A DNA stretch of 64,000 nt. It comes from an uncultured Syntrophaceae bacterium. Lineage in GTDB: Bacteria; Desulfobacterota; Syntrophia; Syntrophales; UBA5619. The notes under the pieces were generated by a model that was not told the origin of the DNA, did not search any database, and worked only from the letters and a program-made list of their open reading frames with translations. The DNA lies in NCBI GenBank assembly GCA_964637025.1, contig CAZWTL010000001.1, positions 81,701 to 145,700 on the forward strand, in the 5' to 3' direction. Positions within the stretch are counted from its first letter, which is position 1. Every line of letters begins with the position of its first letter. Below, in pieces: positions 27,038-35,034 of the stretch. The position numbers and the translations under genes were made by a program.

Positions 27038-28666
27038 ATGTTTTGCTATCAGTGTGAACAGACAGCCCGGGGGGAAGCGTGCAGCAAGTCGGGGGTATGC
27101 GGGAAGCAGCCGGATGTGTCGGCCCTTCAGGATCTCCTCGTCTACGCCCTGGCCGAGATGTCGCAGGCGGCGCTGGCGGCTGCGAAGGCGGGGATCCGCG
27201 ACAGCGCCGTCGATCTGCTGGTCTGCGAGGGCCTCTTCACGACCGTAACGAACGTGGATTTCGATCCGGAGCGCATCGCGCCGATGATCCGCAAGGCGGC
27301 GTCCCTGCGCGATGAATTGACCGCGAAGCTCCAGGCCGCAGGCAAGCCGGCCGGACTGCCCGGCGGGGCGGCCCCGTTGCAGCCGGCGGACACCCTGGCG
27401 GGGATGGCCTCCCAGGGAGAGGCCCGCGGCATCCGCTCCTACCCGGCCGTCAATCCCGATGTCCTTTCCATCAAGCACACCCTGCTCTACGGGATCAAGG
27501 GAATCGCCGCTTATGCGGACCATGCCGCGATCCTGGGACACAAGGACGACGCCGTATTCGGGTTTCTCCAGGAAGCCCTGGCCGCGATGCTCGACGACAA
27601 GCTGGACCTCAACGGCGCCCTGGGCCTTCTGATGAAGTGCGGCCAGGTGAACCTCCGGACCATGGAACTGCTGGATGCGGCCAACACCGGCGCCTACGGC
27701 CATCCGGTTCCGACCAAGGTGCCCCTGGGGGCGAAGCGGGGGAAGGCGATCCTGATTTCCGGCCACGATCTCAGGGATCTCGAGGAGCTGCTCAAGCAGA
27801 CGGAGGGAAAGGGCATTTGCGTCTACACCCACGGGGAGATGCTCCCTGCCCACGGCTACCCGGGGCTCAAAAAATATGCCCATTTCTACGGCCATTACGG
27901 GACGGCCTGGCAGAACCAGGCGAAGGAGTTCGCGGCCTTTCCCGGCGCCATCCTGATGACGACCAACTGCATCCAGAGGCCTCAGGACGCCTACCGGGAC
28001 CGGATCTTCACCTCAGGCCTCGTCGCCTGGCCGGGGGTCGTCCACATCGCCGACCGGAACTTCAAGCCGGTCATCGACAAGGCGCTCGCGCTTCCGGGCT
28101 TCGATGCGGATACGGAAGGGAAGGCCGTGATGACGGGGTTCGGCCACAGCGCCGTCCTCGGTGTTGCGGACCGGATCATCGCGGCGGTGAAGGACAAAAA
28201 GATCCGCCACTTCTTCCTCGTGGCCGGCTGCGACGGGGCGAAGCCGGGACGGAACTACTACACGGAGTTCGTGGAAAAGGTCCCTGCGGACTGTGTCGTC
28301 CTGACGCTGGCCTGCGGCAAGTTCCGCTTCTTCGACAAGAACCTCGGGGACATCGGCGGGATTCCCCGCCTGCTGGACATGGGGCAGTGCAATGACGCCT
28401 ATTCGGCGATCCAGGTGGCGGTCGCCCTGGCGAAGGCCTTCGGCGTCGGCGTGAACGACCTCCCCCTGTCAATGATCCTTTCCTGGTACGAGCAGAAGGC
28501 GGTCGCGATCCTGCTCACGCTGCTTTCGCTGGGGATCAAAGACATCCGCCTGGGGCCGACGCTGCCGGCCTTTGTGACCCCGAACGTGCTCAACGTCCTG
28601 GTGGAAAAGTTCGGCATCAAACCGATCGCCACGCCGGACGAGGACCTCAAGGCGATCCTCGGCTGA
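27038..28666 (+). CDS. hcp: Hybrid cluster protein (hydroxylamine reductase / NO reductase)
   Basis: Internal ATG preceded by AAAGGAGG. The N-terminal Cys motif is 'MFCYQCEQTARGEACSKSGVCGK'. Also 'ILISGHDLRDLEELL', 'TNCIQ', 'LTLACGKFRF' and 'GQCNDAYSA'. Confidence 0.95.
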   Translation: MFCYQCEQTARGEACSKSGVCGKQPDVSALQDLLVYALAEMSQAALAAAKAGIRDSAVDLLVCEGLFTTVTNVDFDPERIAPMIRKAASLRDELTAKLQAAGKPAGLPGGAAPLQPADTLAGMASQGEARGIRSYPAVNPDVLSIKHTLLYGIKGIAAYADHAAILGHKDDAVFGFLQEALAAMLDDKLDLNGALGLLMKCGQVNLRTMELLDAANTGAYGHPVPTKVPLGAKRGKAILISGHDLRDLEELLKQTEGKGICVYTHGEMLPAHGYPGLKKYAHFYGHYGTAWQNQAKEFAAFPGAILMTTNCIQRPQDAYRDRIFTSGLVAWPGVVHIADRNFKPVIDKALALPGFDADTEGKAVMTGFGHSAVLGVADRIIAAVKDKKIRHFFLVAGCDGAKPGRNYYTEFVEKVPADCVVLTLACGKFRFFDKNLGDIGGIPRLLDMGQCNDAYSAIQVAVALAKAFGVGVNDLPLSMILSWYEQKAVAILLTLLSLGIKDIRLGPTLPAFVTPNVLNVLVEKFGIKPIATPDEDLKAILG

Positions 28667-28701
28667 CGGGTGGGCCTCCGTGCACCGATCGGGATTTTCC
28701 G

Positions 28702-28737
28702 CGGCAGGGGGGGAACTTCAGGGCTCCCTCCCTGCCG
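28702..28737. terminator. GC-rich hairpin between hcp and a convergent small ORF
   Basis: CGGCAGGGGGGGA (28702-28714) pairs with TCCCTCCCTGCCG (28725-28737), about 13 bp including one G-U. It is followed on the plus strand by GCTATTTGGATTT. Confidence 0.5.
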
Positions 28738-28738
28738 G

Positions 28739-28849
28739 CTATTTGGATTTCCTTTTCGCCTCTTTCGCCCGAAGCTTCAGGCTCTTTTCCCTTCTTCTGC
28801 GCCTGCGGTCCAGCTCCTTCTTGCGTTCCACCTTTTTATGCTGGCTCAT
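28739..28849 (-). CDS. Small, extremely basic hypothetical protein (36 aa)
   Basis: 'MSQHKKVERKKELDRRRRRREKSLKLRAKEAKRKSK'. The ATG is preceded by GAGGAGG 4 nt upstream, and a hairpin follows the stop. No homology is recognisable by eye. Confidence 0.4.
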   Translation of the reverse strand: MSQHKKVERKKELDRRRRRREKSLKLRAKEAKRKSK

Positions 28850-29164
28850 GATGCCTCCTCTGTGGTCCGGATGATGTGCGATGGGTTGTTTCTGCATTGC
28901 GCCGAACAGGGACCGGCCCCCGCCGATTTGCTGCAGGGGGCCATGCCGGTCAGGGCAGACGGGATCCGGCATTCAAACGGCGACAGGATATCGCAATGCG
29001 CGCGCGATGGCAAGCGTGACGGTCAGCAAAGAATTGCGCCGATGGACTCGTCCTTCCCGCCGTCCCGGAAGAACAGGAAGCCCGCGTGCGCTGAAGGGCA
29101 GGGCGGCAGGCCGATGCGTGACGAGCCGGGGCGGTTATGGAAGCGCCTCCGGCTCGGGTCGCAT

Positions 29165-30334
29165 TCACGAAGCGAAGCGGTTGGGGTCCAGGGGCGAAAC
29201 ATCCATGAAGGTCTTTCCGTCGACGATCAGGTCGGCCACGATCTTCCCGGTCACGGGGCTCAGGGCGATGCCGTCCCCCTCGTGCCCCGCGGCGATGAAA
29301 CATCCCTCCAGACCGTTTGCATAGCCGACCAGCGGCAGTCCGTCGGGCGTAAAGGGCCTGATGCCGCCCATGGTGCGGATGATATGGATCGGTCCCAATC
29401 CGGGGACCAGACGCAGGGCGTTTTTGAGGATCTCCCGGATCCCCTCGCGGGTGTTCCTGACCTCGTAGCCCACGAATTCCCGGGTTCCGCCGATGAAGAT
29501 GTTCCCCTTTTCGGTCTGGCTAAGGGAAAGGCCGACCCCGAGTTGAACGGCCCGGCTTTTCGCTCCCTCCGCCCTGCCGGCGTTGTATTTGGCCGCGATG
29601 TAGGAAGCGGACAGCATGCTCCTGGAGATGAAGGGGGCCGCGGGCTCGGTGATCACGATCTGTCCGCGCCGGGGTTGGATCGGCAGATCCAGGCCCGCCA
29701 TCCTGCCGATCAGGGACGCCCATGCCCCCGCCGCGTTCACCACGATCGGCGCGTGGGCCGGCCCCTGCGCGGTCGCCACCCCTTCCACCCGTCCGCCTTT
29801 CGTCAGGTAGCCCGTGACTTCCGTCTTCAGCAGGATCTCGGCGCCCAGCCTCTTCGCGGCCCCGGCAAAACCCAGGTTGAGCTCGATGGGATTCACGTCG
29901 CCGTCCTGGGGGCTGTAGGTGGACGCGATCAGGTGACCCGCCAGACCCCGCTGCATCCGGGAGGCCTCCCGGCGGTCGATGATGTCGACCTGCAGGCCCG
30001 TCCGCTTCTGACGGGCCACGAAATCCTCCATGACCTTCAATTCGTCGGCGGTCTCGATGAGGATCATCCCGCCCTTTTGATGGTATTCGATGTCGTGATC
30101 CAGCTCGTCCCGAAGGCCCTTGAAGAGTTCGGCGCTGGCCAGGGCCAGCCTCAGATGGATCCCGGCGTTCTTGGACTGCAGGAAGATGCCCGTATCGCAG
30201 GCCCCGGAGGCGCCGGAGGCAAAATCCTCCTTTTCCAGCAGCAGGACCTTCAGGCCCCGTTTCGCCAGTTGATAGGCCGTCGAGCTCCCGATGACGCCGC
30301 CGCCGACCACGATCACGTCCGCTTTCCGGGTCAT
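29165..30334 (-). CDS. FAD-dependent oxidoreductase, DAO/sarcosine-oxidase-beta/proline-dehydrogenase-beta-like catalytic subunit
   Basis: Internal ATG of ORF 29165..30577: 'MTRKADVIVVGGGVIGSSTAYQLAKRGLKVLLLEK'. The C-terminal 'FIAAGHEGDGIALSPVTGKIVADLI' fits the DAO family. ATGA overlap with the upstream gene. Confidence 0.85.
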   Translation of the reverse strand: MTRKADVIVVGGGVIGSSTAYQLAKRGLKVLLLEKEDFASGASGACDTGIFLQSKNAGIHLRLALASAELFKGLRDELDHDIEYHQKGGMILIETADELKVMEDFVARQKRTGLQVDIIDRREASRMQRGLAGHLIASTYSPQDGDVNPIELNLGFAGAAKRLGAEILLKTEVTGYLTKGGRVEGVATAQGPAHAPIVVNAAGAWASLIGRMAGLDLPIQPRRGQIVITEPAAPFISRSMLSASYIAAKYNAGRAEGAKSRAVQLGVGLSLSQTEKGNIFIGGTREFVGYEVRNTREGIREILKNALRLVPGLGPIHIIRTMGGIRPFTPDGLPLVGYANGLEGCFIAAGHEGDGIALSPVTGKIVADLIVDGKTFMDVSPLDPNRFAS

Positions 30335-30606
30335 TCTTCGTCCCCCTGGGCCATCTCCTCGATCCTGACCGCGCGGACCGGGGGGCGAAAGGTGGGAGGG
30401 AGAATTTCGGCGGGATCCCGTCCGGCGGCGAGCATGCCGGCGATCAGTTTCCGGCAGGTTCTCCCCTGGCAGAGCCCCATCCCGGCATGGGTTCTCTTCT
30501 TGATCCCCGACAGCGTGGTCGCGCCGTCGCGGATGGCCTGTTCGATCTCTTCCCGGGTCACCTCTTCGCACCGGCACACAAACACCGTACCGTTCTTTTC
30601 ACCCAT
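30331..30606 (-). CDS. BFD-like [2Fe-2S]-binding small subunit
   Basis: Has 'VCRCEEVTREEIEQAIRDGATTLSGIKKRTHAGMGLCQGRTC' (C-x-C...C-x4-C). It overlaps both neighbours. Confidence 0.8.
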   Translation of the reverse strand: MGEKNGTVFVCRCEEVTREEIEQAIRDGATTLSGIKKRTHAGMGLCQGRTCRKLIAGMLAAGRDPAEILPPTFRPPVRAVRIEEMAQGDEE

Positions 30607-31117
30607 GCCGGATTGTCTCCCTTCTGCAGATCGTGCGGACCTCCAGGCAGAACTCCTTGGGAACCTCCACGCCCACCACGGCCGTTCCGTCATGGGCCTT
30701 GCTTTTCCGGACGTGCGCCACCCGTCCGTCCGTCACGTACTCCCCGCTGCGGTTGCCGCAGGGGACGATCCGGCCCTTCGCGGGGAGGGGCCAGTACTCG
30801 TAGGGGAATTCGACCAGAGAGGTGCCTTCCGTGTAGTGGAGATGGACCTTGAAAATCGCCAGACCCGGGCACTGCGCGATGCACGCGCCGCAGCCCGTGC
30901 ACTTGCCGCCGTCCAGGGCCGGCAGGTTGGTGATCGGCTCTCCCACGGCAATGGCGCCGAAGGGGCAGGCCTCCTCACAGGGGTTGCAGGGGATTTCCTG
31001 GACGCACTCGATGACGGCCACCGGCCCCTGTTCCATCCTCTCCCGGCTCGGCATGCCGGGACTGGCCAGGAGCTCCTTTTCGGAAGGGATCCCCGTGTAC
31101 CGGACGCCTCGGTTCAT
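30599..31117 (-). CDS. 4Fe-4S dicluster ferredoxin-like subunit
   Basis: Internal ATG of ORF 30599..31528. Has 'CNPCEEACP' and 'CTGCGACIAQCP'. ATGA overlap with the upstream gene. Confidence 0.8.
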   Translation of the reverse strand: MNRGVRYTGIPSEKELLASPGMPSRERMEQGPVAVIECVQEIPCNPCEEACPFGAIAVGEPITNLPALDGGKCTGCGACIAQCPGLAIFKVHLHYTEGTSLVEFPYEYWPLPAKGRIVPCGNRSGEYVTDGRVAHVRKSKAHDGTAVVGVEVPKEFCLEVRTICRRETIRHG

Positions 31118-32211
31118 GCGGATGCCTCCATCGACAGATCGAGAAGCCGGCCTTTGGCGACCCGGCGTCCCTCGCCGAACGGTCCGGTGCGGAGCGCGTC
31201 CAGCCGCTCCCAGATCGCGGCCTTGCGTTTGCGGGCCTCGTCCGGGTCCAGCAACCCCAGGGCTTCGGCGCAGGCCGTGCCGGCCAGCCGCCCCTCCTCC
31301 AGGGCCGTGCTGGCCTCCTCCACGCCCGAAACGTCGCCGGCGACGTAGACGCCCGGCACCGTGGTCTCCATGTTCAGGTCGTGCTTCGGCACATGGCCGC
31401 CCAGGGCGGGAACAAAGACGAATTCGCAGCCCATGAGCCAGGCGAGCTCCGTCAGGGGGGTGAGCCCCACGGCGAGGCAGACCGTATCGACGGCCAGGCT
31501 CTTTTCCGAACCCGCCACGGGCTGCCACCGGGAATCCAGGGCCACGATCTCCACCGACTCCACCTGGCCGTTGCCGGCCGCCCTTTTCACCGTGTGGGAC
31601 AGATGGATGGGCACCCCGGCCCGCCGGATCTTGGCGGCATGGACCCCGTATCCTCCGATCTGCGGCGCCGCCTCGATGAGCGCCGCCACCTCCGCCCCGG
31701 CCTGCATCAGCTGGTAGGAGACGATCAGCCCCACGTTGCCCGAGCCGATCATCAGCACCCTGCGGCCTGGAAGGACGCGGTTCACGTTGATCATCGTCTG
31801 CGCGGCCCCGGCGCCCATGACCCCGGGGAGTGTGCTGCCCGGAAAGGCCAGGGCGTTTTCCGCGGCGCCCGCGGCGATGACGATCTTTTCGGCCCGCAGG
31901 GACTCCGCCTTGCCGCGGCGGACATAGCCCACGGTCCGGTCGGGAAACAACGCGTAGACCGGGGATTCCAGCAGCACCTCCACGTTCAGGCTGCGGGTCT
32001 CCTCGAGAAGCTGTTCGCCGATGCGGAAGCCGCGGACCCCGGCCCGGTGTTCCCGTGAGCCGAAGAACTTGTGAATCTGTTTGAACAGCTGTCCCCCGGG
32101 CTTGGCGTTTTCGTCGATCAGGACCGCCTGGCCTCCGGCACGGGCCACTTCGATGGCCGCCGCAAGCCCCGCCGGTCCGGCGCCGATCACGGCCGCCTGC
32201 GTCGTCTTCAT
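31114..32211 (-). CDS. FAD/NAD(P)-binding pyridine-nucleotide oxidoreductase subunit (HcnB / OoxA / proline-dehydrogenase-alpha-like)
   Basis: Has 'AAVIGAGPAGLAAAIEVARAGGQAVLIDE...GGQL', a second Rossmann 'VLMIGSGNVGLIVSYQL', and 'GVYVAGDVSG'. Start 32211 forms an ATGA overlap with the upstream stop. Confidence 0.85.
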   Translation of the reverse strand: MKTTQAAVIGAGPAGLAAAIEVARAGGQAVLIDENAKPGGQLFKQIHKFFGSREHRAGVRGFRIGEQLLEETRSLNVEVLLESPVYALFPDRTVGYVRRGKAESLRAEKIVIAAGAAENALAFPGSTLPGVMGAGAAQTMINVNRVLPGRRVLMIGSGNVGLIVSYQLMQAGAEVAALIEAAPQIGGYGVHAAKIRRAGVPIHLSHTVKRAAGNGQVESVEIVALDSRWQPVAGSEKSLAVDTVCLAVGLTPLTELAWLMGCEFVFVPALGGHVPKHDLNMETTVPGVYVAGDVSGVEEASTALEEGRLAGTACAEALGLLDPDEARKRKAAIWERLDALRTGPFGEGRRVAKGRLLDLSMEASA

Positions 32212-32525
32212 GGTTCGTCCGTCCATTTCCCGCGCCCCTGCTGGGTTTCTACGATCATCCCGTCCCTCACCGGGGTCACGCAGGTCCGGACGTTGGGCTG
32301 GCCATCCACGGTCATCACGCAGTCCGTGCAGCGGCCGATGCCGCAGAAAAGCCCTCTGGGGCTTCCGAACCGCGGCGTGAGCCGGAAGACGCGGATGCCG
32401 GCGGCCAAAAGCGCCGAGGCAATCGGCTCTCCCGCGATGGCGGCGATTCTTTCCCCATCCACGACGATGGAGGCGTCCGGCCTCCTGGGATCCTCGCCCA
32501 GGATGGGATGCTGGGTCACTCTCAT
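32208..32525 (-). CDS. [2Fe-2S]-binding small subunit (HcnA / sarcosine-oxidase-alpha N-terminal-like)
   Basis: Has 'IVVDGERIAAIAGEPIASALLAAGI...GLFCGIGRCTDCVMTVDGQPNVRTCVTPV'. ATG 32525 is preceded by GAGGTG. Confidence 0.8.
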   Translation of the reverse strand: MRVTQHPILGEDPRRPDASIVVDGERIAAIAGEPIASALLAAGIRVFRLTPRFGSPRGLFCGIGRCTDCVMTVDGQPNVRTCVTPVRDGMIVETQQGRGKWTDEP

Positions 32526-32605
32526 GAAAAAACGCACCTCGTATTTTTTAAACCGGGGAGATTTACCCCTTCCGGCTTCCTTGTGCAAGCAGATTGTTTT
32601 GTGCC

Positions 32606-33343
32606 TCAGGGCTCAGGGAACCCTTTGCGTTCGAGGCCCGCATGGACATGCCGGATCAGCGTGACCACGTCGAAAACCGGGATCTTGAGCACCTCCTGCA
32701 CGGCGGCGGCATAGGGGGGCATGTTGGTGCACTCCAGCACCAGGGCGCCCATGTCGGGCCGGGATGCGGCCAGCTTCCGTGCCGCCTCGACCATTTCCCC
32801 GCGCACCCGGCGATGGTCCAGGGAGGGTTTCCCCCGGATGAAGGCGGCGGTAAACTCCTCGGCGTCGTCCATCCCCGCCACCACGAGGGGCAGGTCCCGG
32901 ATGCCCACCCCTTCGAGATGCCTTTCGGTCAGAGAGGCCTTGCTGGCCGTCAGAATGCCGACCGCTGCGTCGCGGCCGAGCATGGCGCGGATCATGGGGA
33001 CCTGCAGCAGACTGGAGCTCAACACGGGAATCCGCACCGCATCGGCGAGTTCCCGCTGGAAGATGGCCAGAAAGCCGCAGCTGGTGGCGATCGCCCCGGC
33101 GCCCCCCCTTTCCAGTTCGCGGGCCGCGGCGATGAAGGGTTCGAGGAGCCTGTCGTCGGCCTCCTTCACCACCCTTTGCGGCGAGGCCCCCCGCACCACC
33201 CGATACCGCACCGGAAAGGGAAAGGTCAGGGGATTCCCGATATCCCCCGGGATCCGGGGAAACACCGTATCCAGCATGATGATCCCTACGGCCGGCCCGC
33301 ATGGCGCGGCGCAAGAAGCCGACATCGCCCTTTCCTCCCCCAT
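32606..33343 (-). CDS. Asp/Glu/hydantoin-racemase superfamily protein
   Basis: Two catalytic-Cys blocks, 'AIATSCGFLAIFQ' and 'ALVLECTNMPPY'. The start may be the internal Met-7. Confidence 0.75.
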   Translation of the reverse strand: MGEERAMSASCAAPCGPAVGIIMLDTVFPRIPGDIGNPLTFPFPVRYRVVRGASPQRVVKEADDRLLEPFIAAARELERGGAGAIATSCGFLAIFQRELADAVRIPVLSSSLLQVPMIRAMLGRDAAVGILTASKASLTERHLEGVGIRDLPLVVAGMDDAEEFTAAFIRGKPSLDHRRVRGEMVEAARKLAASRPDMGALVLECTNMPPYAAAVQEVLKIPVFDVVTLIRHVHAGLERKGFPEP

Positions 33344-33360
33344 GAGGCCCCCAAAGTCCT

Positions 33361-34896
33361 TCAGCCGGCTTCGAAGCGGATGCCCTGCGCCAGCGGCAAT
33401 TCATGGCCCCAGTTGATCGTGCTGGTCTGGCGGCGCATGTACTGTTTCCAGGCGTCGGAACCGGATTCACGTCCTCCGCCGGTCTCCTTTTCCCCTCCGA
33501 AGGCGCCGCCGATCTCGGCCCCGGAGGTGCCGATGTTGACGTTGGCGATTCCGCAATCGCTTCCCGCGGAGGAGAGGAAGGCCTCCTCGTAATGGACGCT
33601 TTTCGTGAATATCGCCGAGCTCAGGCCCTGGGGCACGTCGTTCTGCTTCCGGATGGCTTCGTCGATCCGGTCGTACGCGATGACGTAGAGAATCGGGGCG
33701 AAGGTTTCCTCCTTGACGATCGGATATTCGTTTTCGACCTCCATGATCGCCGGCTCGACGTAATGGCCGCCCTCGCAGCCCGGCACGCTGATCCGCCGGC
33801 CGCCGCAGAGCAGCTTGCCGCCGGAGCGTTCAGCCGCGGCGATCGCGCTCAGCATGGATTCGATCGTCTCCCCGTCCACGACGGGTCCCATCAGGATCCC
33901 CTCCTGCAGCGGATGGCCGATGCGGATCTGGCGGTAGGCCGCCACCAGCCTTTCGACAAAGGGCTGTTTGACATCCCTCTGGACGATGACGCGGCGGGTG
34001 GTCGTGCAGCGCTGGCCTGCGGTCCCGACCGCGCCGAACAGGGTCGCCCGGACCGCCATGTCCAGGTCGGCGTCCTCGGCCACGATGATGGCGTTGTTGC
34101 CCCCGAGTTCCAGAATGGTCCTGCCCAGCCGCCGGGCCACCGTTTCGGCGATATGGACCCCCATGGCCGTGCTGCCCGTCATGCTGATCAGGGGGATGCG
34201 CCGGTCGCGGATCATGGCCTCGCCGATGTCGGCCCCCTTCCCGATCAGGAGGTTGAACACCCCGTCCAGGCCATGACGGTCGATCACGGGGGCGATCAGG
34301 CGGTGCACGGCAATCGCGGTCAGCGGGGTGGTCGAGCTGGGTTTCCAGACGACGACGTCGCCGCAGACCGCCGCGATGAGCGCATTCCAGGACCATACGG
34401 CCACAGGAAAATTGTAGGCCGTGATGACCCCCACGATGCCCAGCGGATGCCACTGTTCGTACATCCGGTGCCGGGGGCGCTCGCTGTGCATGGAGAAACC
34501 GTAGAGCATCCGGCTCTGCCCGACGGCGAAATCGGCGATGTCGATCATCTCCTGAACCTCGCCCCGGCCTTCGGCCGCGATCTTTCCCATCTCCAGGGTC
34601 ACCAGATTTCCCAGCGCCTCCTGGTTCGCGCGCAGGACATCGCCGATTTCGCGCACGATCTGGCCGCGGACGGGGGCGGGAACGGTGCGCCATTTCAGGA
34701 AGGCCTCCCGGGCTCTTTCGACCACCTTGCCGTAGTCGTTTGCATCCGCCTGGACGACCGATCCGATGGGCCTGCCGTCGATGGGCGACACGCTGACCCG
34801 TTCCCCGCCGCCGGTCTTCAGCCAGCCGCCGGTGCCGCCTGTCGTGGCGCCGGAATGGATTTTTCCGACGCCGAGCCTCGCCAGAATGTCTTCCAT
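33361..34896 (-). CDS. ALDH7 (antiquitin)-type aldehyde dehydrogenase: piperideine-6-carboxylate / alpha-aminoadipic semialdehyde dehydrogenase
   Basis: Internal ATG preceded by GGGAGGA. Has 'ELGGNNAIIV', 'GTAGQRCTT', and the C-terminus 'GAEIGGAFGGEKETGGGRESGSDAWKQYMRRQTSTINW..LPLAQGIRF'. I recall that C-terminus as almost identical to ALDH7A1. Confidence 0.88.
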   Translation of the reverse strand: MEDILARLGVGKIHSGATTGGTGGWLKTGGGERVSVSPIDGRPIGSVVQADANDYGKVVERAREAFLKWRTVPAPVRGQIVREIGDVLRANQEALGNLVTLEMGKIAAEGRGEVQEMIDIADFAVGQSRMLYGFSMHSERPRHRMYEQWHPLGIVGVITAYNFPVAVWSWNALIAAVCGDVVVWKPSSTTPLTAIAVHRLIAPVIDRHGLDGVFNLLIGKGADIGEAMIRDRRIPLISMTGSTAMGVHIAETVARRLGRTILELGGNNAIIVAEDADLDMAVRATLFGAVGTAGQRCTTTRRVIVQRDVKQPFVERLVAAYRQIRIGHPLQEGILMGPVVDGETIESMLSAIAAAERSGGKLLCGGRRISVPGCEGGHYVEPAIMEVENEYPIVKEETFAPILYVIAYDRIDEAIRKQNDVPQGLSSAIFTKSVHYEEAFLSSAGSDCGIANVNIGTSGAEIGGAFGGEKETGGGRESGSDAWKQYMRRQTSTINWGHELPLAQGIRFEAG

Positions 34897-35034
34897 GTCG
34901 CAGGGTCCTCCCGAATCAGGACGTTTCAGTTTTGAGGGGGAAGAAAGCGGACCGGTCCGGAGAGTCCCCGGATGGCCGAGATCCACAGGTCATGGCCGCT
35001 CCTGTCGAACGCCGTCCGGATCCGCTGTCGGATT

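Noticed and set aside
28670-31348. 892-aa plus-strand ORF across the small ORF and four dehydrogenase subunit genes
   Set aside because: The translation is Arg/Pro/Gly-rich low complexity. The minus strand encodes four proteins with clear FAD and Fe-S motifs and coupled overlaps.
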